From positions 1,216,001 through 1,280,000 of the forward strand of contig OZ242041.1 of NCBI GenBank assembly GCA_965205215.1: a DNA stretch of 64,000 nucleotides, given 5' to 3'. Below are positions 42,320 through 52,900 of the stretch, piece by piece. The notes below the pieces were generated by a model that did not search any database, was not told where the DNA came from, and saw nothing but the letters and a program-made list of their open reading frames with translations. Source of the stretch: Nitrosopumilus sp. GTDB taxonomy: Archaea; Thermoproteota; Nitrososphaeria; Nitrososphaerales; Nitrosopumilaceae. How positions within the stretch are numbered: the first letter of the stretch is position 1; the number at the start of each line of letters is the position of its first letter. A program made the position numbers and the translations under genes.

Positions 42320-43591
42320 ATGGGAAACAACAAGACGCACACAACACAGAACACTGCCAACAAAAAACGAAGCAAGCGAACATCAAGAAAGGACAAGTTG
42401 CTTGTACATCCTGAAATCAGGAGATGGCATGCAAACTTGGCGCGCGGATCCGTGCTCACGGCCGACGTAAGAATCAGGCGTCTGGACGCGTTCTGCGAGA
42501 TGCATGACATGAGTCCAATGCAGCTTGCGGATCTAGGCATGAAGGACCTGAGGTCTGCGACCAACCTACTGGAGGATCACATCACGTGGATGGAGGACAA
42601 GAACTATTCGCCTGGCTACATAGAGGACTATGTCAAGGCCGTAAAGTCTTGGCTCTCGCACTTTGACGTGCAGGTACGCCGCAAGCTCAAGATAAGGAAT
42701 CCTGACTTTGCGCCCACGCTGCAGAACGAGAGGGTGCCAGACGCAGGGGAGATGTCAGAGCTTTTCTCCAGGGCGCCCCTGCGTTCGTCCGCGATGATAT
42801 CGCTGATGGCAAAGTCCGGCATCCGTCCGGAGGTCATGGGGAACCACGACGGCACGGACGGCTTGAGAATGCGCGACCTGCCAGACGTGGTGATACACCA
42901 GGGGGTGGCAAAATGCATCCGCACGCCAAACCAGATCGTCGTAAGGAGGACGCTCTCAAAGACGCGGCACCAGTATTTCACGTTCCTGACCACATCGGGA
43001 ACTGACAAGCTGCTGGCATACCTGAACGACCGGCTTGCGGCAGGCGAGCCCTTGCACGGGGATTCTGCGGTAATTGCGCCGGACCACAAGTACAAGACGA
43101 ACCGGAGCTCAAACCGCGGCAAGCAGTTCCTGCCCACCACGCAGATAAGCAGGGAGATTCGCAGGACGTTTCGGCCCCGGTTTTCATGGAGGCCCTACAT
43201 ATTGCGGGCGTACTTTGATACCGAGCTGCTGGTCGCAGAGTCCAAGGGGAAGATGGCACACGACTTCCGGGTGTTCTTTATGGGACACAAGGGGTCGATG
43301 GAGTCCAAGTATACCACAAACAAGGGCGTGCTGCCCGAGATACTGCTGCACGAGATGCGCGAATCCTTTGCACGGTCCGAAGAGTTACTTGACCTCGAGG
43401 CCGGTACCAAGAGGGACGGCGTTCTGGAGCAGAAGGAGGAAATGCACCACCTGATACGAAACGCGACGCCGGTACAGCTGGACCTGATGCTAGAGGCGCT
43501 CCATCATGTGATGGTGGGCGCCGGCAATATGACAGGTCCGGCAGCCGTAACAGCGGCAACGACGACAACGGCAACTGCAATGGCCAGCTAG
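42320..43591 (+). CDS. Tyrosine integrase of the island
   Basis: SGIRP (R), LSKT (K), PYILR, FMGH, KYT (Y); adjacent to the tRNA. The frame is open from 42182, so the start is uncertain. Confidence 0.92.
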   Translation: MGNNKTHTTQNTANKKRSKRTSRKDKLLVHPEIRRWHANLARGSVLTADVRIRRLDAFCEMHDMSPMQLADLGMKDLRSATNLLEDHITWMEDKNYSPGYIEDYVKAVKSWLSHFDVQVRRKLKIRNPDFAPTLQNERVPDAGEMSELFSRAPLRSSAMISLMAKSGIRPEVMGNHDGTDGLRMRDLPDVVIHQGVAKCIRTPNQIVVRRTLSKTRHQYFTFLTTSGTDKLLAYLNDRLAAGEPLHGDSAVIAPDHKYKTNRSSNRGKQFLPTTQISREIRRTFRPRFSWRPYILRAYFDTELLVAESKGKMAHDFRVFFMGHKGSMESKYTTNKGVLPEILLHEMRESFARSEELLDLEAGTKRDGVLEQKEEMHHLIRNATPVQLDLMLEALHHVMVGAGNMTGPAAVTAATTTTATAMAS

Positions 43592-43787
43592 TCATACCCT
43601 GTGCAGACATAGAACGGATGCTATCGCAGGGCTGCCGGTTCGTTGCAAGCCTGCCTGACGGGCGGATCATAGTCGAGCGGCCCACCGCGGCCGCATCCTC
43701 GACGGCGGCTACCGCGGACACTCCTGCGGCAACAACAACACCCTCCGCACAACAACGCGCAGCCGGGATTAAGATCCAGAGTGGGAA

Positions 43788-43878
43788 TGGACCGGGTGGG
43801 ATTCGGACCCACGACCTTTGCGGGCTGTGCCTTACGCAGTGTGAGTGCGTCATCCAAACCAGGCTAGACGACCGGTCC
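43788..43878 (-). tRNA. tRNA-Val(CAC) with a 16-nt BHB intron at position 44/45 (43817..43832)
   Basis: GGACCGG/CCGGTCC-A, anticodon arm ACGCA-CTCACAC-TGCGT. BHB helix TGCG/CGCA with bulges TAA and AAG; splicing restores AGGTC. Confidence 0.9.
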
Positions 43879-44065
43879 GTCCTGACTGGACAATGAGCTG
43901 CTTTTTTGTCTTTTGCTAGCCCGTTGGGTACTTGCAACTCCTGCATGCTCATGAACTGGGCCGCAGTCACTCCGTTGCCGGTGCATGCTGGAGCGAGTCA
44001 CGCGTCACGTGCCAACCCGCCGTCGCATTTTGAACGTTTTTAAACGCAATGTACTCGATTGCTGT

Positions 44066-46141
44066 ATGACCATGCCGTTGCGGCATCCTTCCCTCGTACT
44101 GATCTCAGCCGTGGCGCTGATCGCGGCAATGGCAGTTGCCGTGCCGCAGGACGCCTCGGCAGAGACGTTGGGGGCATACGTGGACAGTGTGACGTTCACA
44201 AAGCAGGATCCGGCCGCGGCCGTAGGCAACCTGATAGCCGGGGACATCGACATGTACTATCTCTCCATATCCAAGGCCGAGTCCCAGGCGGTGCGCGATG
44301 CCGGACACAGGGTGTTTCAATCCACGGGCGGCACGGTCTACTCCATATACGTGAACCCTACAACCGACACAGCAAACGGCTTCAACCCTTTCTCGCTGCA
44401 AGAGGCCAGGTATGCGATAAACTACCTGGTGGACAGGGGCGACATAATAGACAACGTCCTGCCCAGCTCGGGCACCGAACTCTTCTCTGCCATAACCCCG
44501 GGGCATCCGGACTACGACCTGGTGCAAGACGTACTGGCACCTCTCGGACTGCGGTACGACCCTGCGGAGGCCGACCGCCTCTTTGAGGCAGCCCTTGTTC
44601 CGGCGGGCGCCTCGAAGGGTTCAGACGGCAGGTGGACCTACGGCGGGCAGCCCATAGAGATAACGGTGTTTGTCAGAAGCGACGACGCGGTGCGCAAGTC
44701 GATAGGAGATAAACTTGTGGCGGATCTTGGCAGGGCGGGCTTTGCAGCGAAGCCGGTATACGGGGATCTGTTCGACGCATTCCGCGTCGTGTACGACTCC
44801 AACCCCGCGGATCAGGCGTGGCACCTGTACACGGAGGCTTGGAACGGATTCGGGACTGTCAAATACGACAATTCCAGACTCGCGTCATACTATGCCCCTT
44901 GGACTGAAAGACTTCCGGGCGGTCTGGAGGACGGCCTGTGGAACTATGAGCACGCGGAGCTTGACAGGCTGACCCAGTCTCTTTACAATATGGAGTATAA
45001 CTCGCAGGACGAGAGGGCGTCCCTGGTAGAGGACGCGGCCCGTCTTGCCGTCCAAGAGTCCGTCCGGGTCTTTCTTGTCTCCGAGCACCAGTCGTACGCG
45101 GTAAGGGACGGAGTCACGGGCGTGGTAAACGCCCCGGGTTCCGGAATTGCAAACAGGTTCACGCCGATCAACGCGCAGCTGCCGGGCGGCGACACCGGCC
45201 TCGACATCGGCGTGCGCCATGTGGCGCAGAGCTCTTGGAATACTGTCGGAGGGTTGTCTGACTCGTACAGCACTGACGTGTGGCATATCCTGAGCGACCC
45301 GGGGGCGGTGCGCAACCCGCACACCGCGGACCTGATACCTGCAAGGAACGTCTATACCTCCGTGGAGACTGCGGGGCCTGACGGCGTGCTTGCGATACCG
45401 CCGGGTGCGGTGACTTGGGACGCGGATGATCGCGAGTGGGTCGGCCTGCCTTCGGGCAAGGGCGCCGCCAGCAAGGTTACTATAGATCTGCGCTTCTCAG
45501 AGTGGCACCACGGCCAGCCGATGGACATGAACGACATATTTTACGCCGTATATCTCCAGTTTGAGCACGGCCTGCTGGTGGACGACGACCCGCGCATTCC
45601 AGTGGGGCTGAGGGTGCCGGACGCGGGCCGGGACACGGTCGAGGTGTATCTGGATTATTGGCATTTTGACGAGGCCGAGATTGCCGCCGTCGCAACCACG
45701 TGGAGCACGCTGCCCTGGGAGGTATACGCCGCCATGGAGCAGGCGGTTCGCAACAACCAGACCCATTGGGACGGGGACGCGGCGCTTGCGCGTGGTGTGA
45801 GCTGGCTTGACATGCTTGACGCCTCCGACACCGCCCTGATAAGAAGCCACTTGGTCGCGCTCAGGGATACTGGCCACGCCAGCCATGTGCCTGACTTTCT
45901 GCCCCCGGGTGCGACGACCGCGTACGTAGACGGGCGGTACGACGCGGCCATATCGTGGATAGACGCCCGGGGACACCTGGCGGTGAGCAACGGGCCGTTC
46001 TATCTTGACTCCTACTCGGCAGGTTCGGACGGCGCCATTGTGGAGATGACGGTGAAAAAGTACGACGACCCGTCGTACCCGTTTGCAGCGGGCCACTGGA
46101 ACGCGTTTACAATCGACTCTTCGCAGCGGATCTGCCGCTGA
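44066..46141 (+). CDS. ABC transporter substrate-binding protein, family 5 (peptide/nickel type)
   Basis: Signal peptide; FNPFSLQEARYAINYLVDR, WHHGQPMDMND, SNGPFYL; TATA at about 44037. Confidence 0.85.
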   Translation: MTMPLRHPSLVLISAVALIAAMAVAVPQDASAETLGAYVDSVTFTKQDPAAAVGNLIAGDIDMYYLSISKAESQAVRDAGHRVFQSTGGTVYSIYVNPTTDTANGFNPFSLQEARYAINYLVDRGDIIDNVLPSSGTELFSAITPGHPDYDLVQDVLAPLGLRYDPAEADRLFEAALVPAGASKGSDGRWTYGGQPIEITVFVRSDDAVRKSIGDKLVADLGRAGFAAKPVYGDLFDAFRVVYDSNPADQAWHLYTEAWNGFGTVKYDNSRLASYYAPWTERLPGGLEDGLWNYEHAELDRLTQSLYNMEYNSQDERASLVEDAARLAVQESVRVFLVSEHQSYAVRDGVTGVVNAPGSGIANRFTPINAQLPGGDTGLDIGVRHVAQSSWNTVGGLSDSYSTDVWHILSDPGAVRNPHTADLIPARNVYTSVETAGPDGVLAIPPGAVTWDADDREWVGLPSGKGAASKVTIDLRFSEWHHGQPMDMNDIFYAVYLQFEHGLLVDDDPRIPVGLRVPDAGRDTVEVYLDYWHFDEAEIAAVATTWSTLPWEVYAAMEQAVRNNQTHWDGDAALARGVSWLDMLDASDTALIRSHLVALRDTGHASHVPDFLPPGATTAYVDGRYDAAISWIDARGHLAVSNGPFYLDSYSAGSDGAIVEMTVKKYDDPSYPFAAGHWNAFTIDSSQRICR

Positions 46142-46268
46142 CTATGGTAAGCCCGCGCCCCCTCCAGTCCTTCTGAATTCCACCCGCGCGGGGCCGCGCG
46201 CAGTCTTGCGGTGTATCCTTGCAGGGTCTGCGGCAGCGGGCGCATGCTTTTGGCATGCGGACGCCGCG

Positions 46269-46436
46269 CTACTTCTTGATGCCCAGGTTGCGGTTCTTGA
46301 GCCGCAGGTACGGGTTGCGGCACTTGCGGCACCTGGTCGCGCCTATGTCGTTGCGGCAGCCGCAGTTGAAGCATATCTTCATGACCAGGCGCGCCTGCTG
46401 GGCTATGCGCTTTTTCTCCGGGTCTGTAATGGGCAT
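46269..46436 (-). CDS. rpl40e: 50S ribosomal protein L40e
   Basis: Hand-translated MPITDPEKKRIAQQARLVMKICFNCGCRNDIGATRCRKCRNPYLRLKNRNLGIKK (too short for the ORF track). Confidence 0.95.
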   Translation of the reverse strand: MPITDPEKKRIAQQARLVMKICFNCGCRNDIGATRCRKCRNPYLRLKNRNLGIKK

Positions 46437-46466
46437 CACTGAATCGCCTCGGTTGCTCCTTTTATT

Positions 46467-47444
46467 CTAATCGCCGCTGCCTGCTGTGTTTGGACCGCTG
46501 CTGCTGCCGCCACCACTGCCACCAACGCCGCTGCCGTTCTCCATCTTTTTGGCAAGCAGGACCGGCACCTCGGCGGGCCTCTTTGCAACCGGGATGTTTG
46601 CCTTGTTGAACATGGATATCTTTGACTCCGCGGAGCCGTACGTGCCCATCACGATTGCGCCCGCGTGCCCCATGCGCTTCTCCTTGGGGGCCGCCCGTCC
46701 TGCGATGTACGCGACCGTGGGCTTTGCAAACCCCGTGTCCATTATGCGCTGCGCCAGCATCTCCTCGGAGTCGCCGCCTATCTCGCCTACCACCACCATG
46801 CCGTCTATGTCCGGCACGTCCCTGACCATCTCAAACGCGTCGATCAGCCTGGTCCCGTTCACTGGATCCCCGCCTATTCCTATGGTGATTGCCTGCCCGA
46901 ACCCCGCGCTGCTCAGCGCGTCGGATATCTCGTACAGCAGGGTGCCGCTCTTTGAGAGTACCGCTATCTTGCCGGGCTTGAACGGCGTGGGGGGCATTAT
47001 GCCTATCTTTATGATCCCGGGTATCATTATTCCCGGCGTGTTGGGGCCTATGATCCTGGCGTCCCTTTTCTGCGCCATGTCCAGCGCGCTCATGGTGTCG
47101 CGTATCGGTATGTGCTCCGGTATCGCGACCAGCAGCTCGATTCCGGCCTCGAGCGCCTCCTTTGCGGCGCCCAGAAAGAACTTTGCCGGGACGAACACGG
47201 CAGATATCCTGGCGCCCGTCGCCTCCACTGCCTCGGACATCGTGTTGTATATGGGTATGGCATCATCAAACCTCTGTCCTCCCTTGCCGGGGGTTACGCC
47301 TGCCACTATGTTGGTCCCGTATGAAATCATGTTTCTCGTGTGCAGCGAGCCGTACGCCCCGGTTATCCCCTGCACTATGACGCCCTTTTTGTTGTGGTCC
47401 GCGTCACCCGGGTTTCCCCTCAGCACCTCGAATATGTCCTTCAA
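46467..47444 (-). CDS. sucD: Succinyl-CoA synthetase alpha subunit
   Basis: QGITG, GVTPGKGG, IGPNTPG, GEIGG, RMGHAGA. Confidence 0.96.
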   Translation of the reverse strand: MKDIFEVLRGNPGDADHNKKGVIVQGITGAYGSLHTRNMISYGTNIVAGVTPGKGGQRFDDAIPIYNTMSEAVEATGARISAVFVPAKFFLGAAKEALEAGIELLVAIPEHIPIRDTMSALDMAQKRDARIIGPNTPGIMIPGIIKIGIMPPTPFKPGKIAVLSKSGTLLYEISDALSSAGFGQAITIGIGGDPVNGTRLIDAFEMVRDVPDIDGMVVVGEIGGDSEEMLAQRIMDTGFAKPTVAYIAGRAAPKEKRMGHAGAIVMGTYGSAESKISMFNKANIPVAKRPAEVPVLLAKKMENGSGVGGSGGGSSSGPNTAGSGD

Positions 47445-48550
47445 CTCTTCTTGCCCCCAAGAACGGCCGCGTTTATGGCGCCCTCTACAGAGTCGAACAT
47501 CTCTGTCCTTGAGTCCCTCAGCATCTCCTTGGCCTTGTCGGACTCGGTCCCCTTCAGCCTGGCGTATACCGGCATGTCTATCAGGCCTGACTCGTACGCC
47601 TTCAGGAAGGCCTCGGCCACCACCGTCGTCTTGACTATGCCCCCGTACAGGTTCACAAGTATGCTCCTGACGCCCCTTATGCGGCTTATCAGCGTGAGGG
47701 CCTCGTATACCGACTCGGTGGTGGCGCCCCCGCCCACGTCAAGAAAGCACGCCGGCTTGCCGCCGCTGTCTGACAGCATGTCAAACGTGGACATTACCAG
47801 CCCCGCGCCGTTTCCCACTACCGCGATGTCGCCGTCTAGCTCTACAAGCGAGAACCCGCTCTTCTCGGCCCTTTCCTCTATCTCTGACTTTTCCTGGTAC
47901 TTTGCCAGTTCGGGGTGGCGGAAGTTGGAGTTGTCGTCTGTCACGAACTTGCCGTCGAGCGCTATTATGGAGTCGCCGGGAGTGATTGCCAGCGGATTTA
48001 TCTCCGCGAGCTCGGCCTCCTTCTCTATGGTCAGCCTCGAGAGCTTGACCAGGGTGTCTGCAAAGCCGTCTGCCAGCCTCCCGTCAAGGCCGATCTGGCC
48101 CGCGACCTCCAGGGCGGTCTCGCGCGACACGTCGCCCATACCGACCTCCCTTATGGTCTGGCTCTTTACCGACTCGATCTCGACTCCGCCCTCAGACGAC
48201 GCTATTATCGTGTAACACCTCTTTGAGCGGTTCAGGAACAGCGACACGTACAGCTCCTTTTTGATGTCGGCCATCTTCTCAAGGAGTACGGCCCTTGCCT
48301 TCTCGCCTTTTATCACCAGGTTCATGACCTGTGGGTATCTTATCTCAAACTCGTCTGGGTTGTTGCAGGACTGGACGCCGCCGGCCTTGCCCCTTCCTCC
48401 GACTGGCACCTGTATCTTTATCACAAACGGGTACCCGAGCTCCCCGGCGTGCTCCCTGGCCTCCTCGATGCTGGTAGACGACCTGCCGTCAAGAAGCCTT
48501 ATGCCGTACTCCCTGAACAGCTCCTTTGCCTGGTATTCCAAGAGGCGCAT
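47441..48550 (-). CDS. sucC: Succinyl-CoA synthetase beta subunit
   Basis: MRLLEYQAKELF, GGRGKAGGV, EINPL, NGAGL, FLDVGGG. Confidence 0.96.
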   Translation of the reverse strand: MRLLEYQAKELFREYGIRLLDGRSSTSIEEAREHAGELGYPFVIKIQVPVGGRGKAGGVQSCNNPDEFEIRYPQVMNLVIKGEKARAVLLEKMADIKKELYVSLFLNRSKRCYTIIASSEGGVEIESVKSQTIREVGMGDVSRETALEVAGQIGLDGRLADGFADTLVKLSRLTIEKEAELAEINPLAITPGDSIIALDGKFVTDDNSNFRHPELAKYQEKSEIEERAEKSGFSLVELDGDIAVVGNGAGLVMSTFDMLSDSGGKPACFLDVGGGATTESVYEALTLISRIRGVRSILVNLYGGIVKTTVVAEAFLKAYESGLIDMPVYARLKGTESDKAKEMLRDSRTEMFDSVEGAINAAVLGGKKS

Positions 48551-48657
48551 GTCTGTACCGGTTTGGCGCCGTAATTTAACGACTGTGACTTGCGGTTCCC
48601 GCCGCGGTAGCCAAAACGCCTGCCGCGGCCCTCCTGCCGCCTGCCTGCCGCCCCCTG

Positions 48658-49017
48658 TCAGCCCGGTGCCCCTTCGTCTTCTTCCTGTATCCCGAGCTGC
48701 TCCTCGAGCCTGCTTGTTACGTCCGCGAACCTGTCCTTGCTCTGGCCAAGAAGCACCTGCGGGTACTCGACTATTGAGTGCACCACTTGGCGCCGGAAGC
48801 TCGGCACCAGCATCCCCCCCGACGTGACTATTTGCTCTATGACAAAGCCCGCGGTAAGCGTGCACACGATCTCCTCGTAGCATCCGTCCTCCTCCTCCAG
48901 CGTCTGCCTGTACAGTATTATGGCCCTGTCAGTCTTTGATGCGATGTCCGAGCCCATCATGAGCAGATTCTGCAGGCGCTGGACCTGCCACGCGTCAAGG
49001 CTTACCTGCTTTACCAT
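48658..49017 (-). CDS. Hypothetical protein
   Basis: 119-aa ORF with normal composition and a TATA-like element upstream. Confidence 0.7.
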   Translation of the reverse strand: MVKQVSLDAWQVQRLQNLLMMGSDIASKTDRAIILYRQTLEEEDGCYEEIVCTLTAGFVIEQIVTSGGMLVPSFRRQVVHSIVEYPQVLLGQSKDRFADVTSRLEEQLGIQEEDEGAPG

Positions 49018-49237
49018 GAATTACATTGTGTGGTTTTGTATTTAACCGTGAACAGGGACTGCGTGCGTGGGTTCTGTCGCACGTGCGCCGGCACGTACCT
49101 GCGTAAAGTTTGCAGCGGGCCGCCGTTTTCCAAATGCGCGGGGTGGCCGGCGCGGATTGCCTAGATTTGCGGCGCAGTCTTTTTACACATAATTGCAACA
49201 AAATCTGGCAAACCGCCGCGGCGCGGCCGCTGCCCGG

Positions 49238-49915
49238 TCACGCCATGTCGAGCGCGCGCGAGTGCTTTCTCGTGTGCGGCCTCTCGCCGGAATACTTGCG
49301 CCTCATGTGTCCGGACGGCCTGCCGTACAGGAGCTCCAGAAACCACGACTCGTGCTCTATCTCCTCGGCCAGTATATCCTTTGCAATGTCGTACGTGGCC
49401 GGGTCCTTGCCGAGCGTCATGTTACATATGTTGTTCCAGTTGACTATGGCCCCCTGCTCCGCCTTGAGGCACTTTTCGAGTATCGCCTTGTGGTCAGTCG
49501 GGTCAGGCGGCAGCTTTAGAAAGTCGCACCCCGAGATGCGTATGAACTCCGTCGCGTCGTTGGGCAGTGATCCCCCTAGCTGGTATATGCGCTCTATGCA
49601 CGACTCAAAGTGGCTCAGATCCTCCAGCCTTGCGTCCTCTATTATCCCCTTTAGCCCCTCGCCCTCCATTCCGGTGCAGTGCGCCCTGAGGTTGGTAAAG
49701 TAGTAGTACGCGGTGAACTCGACGGCGGCGTTGCGCACAAGCTCGCTTATCAGCGCGTCGACGTCAAGGCCGTTCTTCTCAAGTACGGTGATCCCGATTA
49801 CGCCGGGTGACTTTTTCTGCCTGGAGGCGGCCGAACCGCTCTTCTTTCTCTTTGCTGCTCCCGGCTTTGCAGCGCGACCCGTCCCTGCCATGTTGTTGTG
49901 CACCGATATTCCCAT
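49238..49915 (-). CDS. Dps-like (DPSL) ferritin-family protein
   Basis: EFTAYYYFT, EDARLEDLSHFE, EEIEHESWF, GRPSGH. Confidence 0.92.
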   Translation of the reverse strand: MGISVHNNMAGTGRAAKPGAAKRKKSGSAASRQKKSPGVIGITVLEKNGLDVDALISELVRNAAVEFTAYYYFTNLRAHCTGMEGEGLKGIIEDARLEDLSHFESCIERIYQLGGSLPNDATEFIRISGCDFLKLPPDPTDHKAILEKCLKAEQGAIVNWNNICNMTLGKDPATYDIAKDILAEEIEHESWFLELLYGRPSGHMRRKYSGERPHTRKHSRALDMA

Positions 49916-49920
49916 AAAAG

Positions 49921-52900
49921 CTATTCTACGGACACCCTGATCTCCTGGCCGTCTATGTCCTCGTCCTTGTAGGCGCCGCAGGTCTCTTCAAAGTTTACCC
50001 CGCGCACCCTGACTAGGAACGCGAGCTCACCGGCCCTCTCCTCTAGCATCTCTTTCTGCTCTGCAGTCAGCCCCAGTATCGATGCGCGCTCCAGCATGTC
50101 TGTGGGATTGTAACCCCTCTCCTTTCTGAGCGACTGCAGCCTCCTTGCGACGTCCTTTACGAGCCCCTTTGCAGTCATCTCCCTGTTCCTTGACGTGGTC
50201 AGAAATACGGCGCAGCTGTCGGTGCCGGCGCCCCTCGAGGCAGTCGCGTACCCCTCGGCCGCGTCGTATCCTATCGCAACGTCATTGCCGTCAAGGCTTA
50301 TTGTAACTCCGTCTTCGACGCGTATGTCGTGGGAGCCGCGGCGGCGCAGCGACTCGGCAATCTCCTTTGGGCTCGTCTCTCCGAACTTTTTTACCAGATC
50401 CGGCATGTGCCTTTTGGCCTTTGGGCCCGCGCTCTTGCCGTTGAGCTCTGCCGTTATTGTAATGGGCATGCCGATCTCCTCGAGTTCCAGGGCCAGCCTT
50501 GCGGCCGACTCGCCTGACGCGCCGCCACTGCCACCGTCGCCTGTACTGTCTCCCGCACCGATGCCACCGTCGCCGCCCATGTGCTCTGCCTCCATAATTG
50601 AGAGCCTCTCGACGTTGATCTGCTCTTGGAGCATCGGGGCAAGCGGCTCGAGCCTTGACTTTTGTCCCGCGCGCACGCATATGACCGCCTCGTCAAGGGG
50701 CCACCTTCCCTTCAACTTCTTGGACATGCGGGCCGCGCCGCATGCCGATATCGCGCCTGTCATCATGTCAAATGACTCTTCAAGCGCGGAATCCTCCATG
50801 CCGGCATCGCGCTTGGGCCATGCCGCGAGCAGTATGCTTTTGCCCACTGCGCCGCCGCCTGCATCGCCGGAGCCAAATGCGGACTGCCACAGGTATTCCG
50901 TGACAAACGGGCACAGCGGGTGCATCATCACGTCAAGCGCCCTGAGCACGTGGCACAGCACCGCGTATATGGCCAGCCTTCTGTCCCTGTTGCCGCCGTC
51001 CTCGTTCCATATCTCGGCCCTTGTCATCCTCACGTACGTCTGGCTGAACGCGTTGACGATATAGTCGTCTAGCGCCCTGGCCGCCTCGTGGAACCTGCAC
51101 CTCTCGTTTTTCTCCGTCACGTTGGATATTAGCCCCTGCAGCCTTGAGAGCAGCCACCTCTCCGGCTTCCTTAGCAGGTCCTGGCCGTCCGCCCACTGTA
51201 TAGTGTGCGCCGATTCGTCGAACCCGTCGTATCGGCTGTTCTGCGCAAAGTACAGGTGCAGGTTGTATAGCGTGCTGATGGTCTGGTGCGGCCTGGCGTT
51301 CATCTCCTGTATGCTAAAGCTCAGGGGCTCTATCGGCGAGGCCTTCCACATGCAGTACAGGCGGATCATGTCGGCCGGGTGGTCCTCGAGCAGCTTTCTG
51401 CCCTCCAGGACGTTCCCCTTACTCTTGCTCATCTTTTGGCCGTTCTCGTCAAGCACGTGCCCCTGGAACAGGAACGCCCTGAACGGGGCCTCGGGCTCCC
51501 CCCTGAGTATGACGTTCTCAAGGAGCAGCGTGTAGGCCCATCCCCGGGTCTGGTCAATACCCTCTGTCAGGAACGGGGCCGGCACGTCGCTGTGGTACGT
51601 GTAGTCGTCAAGCGACGACCATGGGGCCGAGCCGCTGTTGTGCCACGTGTCAAGCACAAAGTCCTCCCTTGTCGTGTTCACGCCGCTGCAGCTGCTGCAC
51701 CTCACCTTTACGTTGTCAATCCAGGGCCTGTGCAGCTCAAAGTCAACCCCATCGGGAAGGTACACCGAGTTGTTCACTATCTCGGATCTGGAATAGAGCC
51801 ACGTGGACTCCCAGCAGTCGTTGCACTTCCACACGGGCAGCGGGCATCCCCATATGCGCTCCCTTGATATGCACCAGGGGTGCCTGTCGTTTATTATGCC
51901 AAGGAACCTGTTTCTTGGCTGCTCAAAAAAGTACTCGACCTCCTCGGCGGCCCGCGTGGCGTTGCCCCCTATCGCGCCGGTGTCGTAAAAATACCCCCTG
52001 CGCGCAAGCCATACTAGCGCGTGCCCGGAGCGCCAGCAGTGCGGATAGCTGTGCTTTATCCGGCCAATCCTTACCAGGGCGCCGCGCGCCCTCAGCTCCT
52101 CCACTATCGCGCGGTCCGTATCCCTGACGGGCACGCCGGCATACCTGTCGCCGGCCTCCCAGGTGAACCGCACCTGGTCGTCAATGGGGCAGAAGACCTC
52201 GACGCCCCGCTTGGCGGCCACCTTGATGTCTTCCTCGCCGTTTGCGGGAGCTATGTGCACGAGGCCGCTTCCGGCATTGACGTCGACGAACTCCTCGGCC
52301 ACGACCTTGTGGTACTTGTCCGGGTGTTTTTTGAGCATTGCGTCAAGCCCCGGTACGGTGTCGCGCAGGGGGTGCTTGTAGCCGAGGCCGTCCAGGCTGG
52401 AGCCCTTTGCGACCTTTATGATCTCGTGTGACTCTGCCTTTATCTCCGATAGGAACCCGTCCAGCCGGGTCTTGCCCACTACCCATACCCTGCCGTCGCC
52501 GCCGTCGCCGCCATCGTTGCCACCGTCGGGATCCTGCTTGACCCTGACGTACGCGTACTCCTCGTCGGGGTGGACGCCGACCATCGCGTCGGTCAGCAGC
52601 GTAAAAGGCATGGTGGTCCACACTACCAGATGGACGCGGCCGTCCTCGCCGCCGCCTGCCTCCCCTTCCAGTTCTACTGTATAGTACAGCGAGGGGTCCA
52701 CCACCTCCTTGTATCCCTGCCCGACCTCGGCGTGGCTCAGCGACGTCTGGCAGCTCGGGCAGTATGCGATTACGGTATAGTCCTCCCTTATGACGCCGGA
52801 TTCCTTTGCGCTTTTCAGTACCTTCCACTCGCGCTCTATGAACTTGTCATCAAAGGTGCGATACGCCTTGTCGTGATCAAGCGAGATGCCAAGCTGCCTG

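Noticed and set aside
48551-48883. N-terminal extension of sucC in the ORF track
   Set aside because: It overlaps the upstream gene; the typical start MRLLEYQAK is at 48550.
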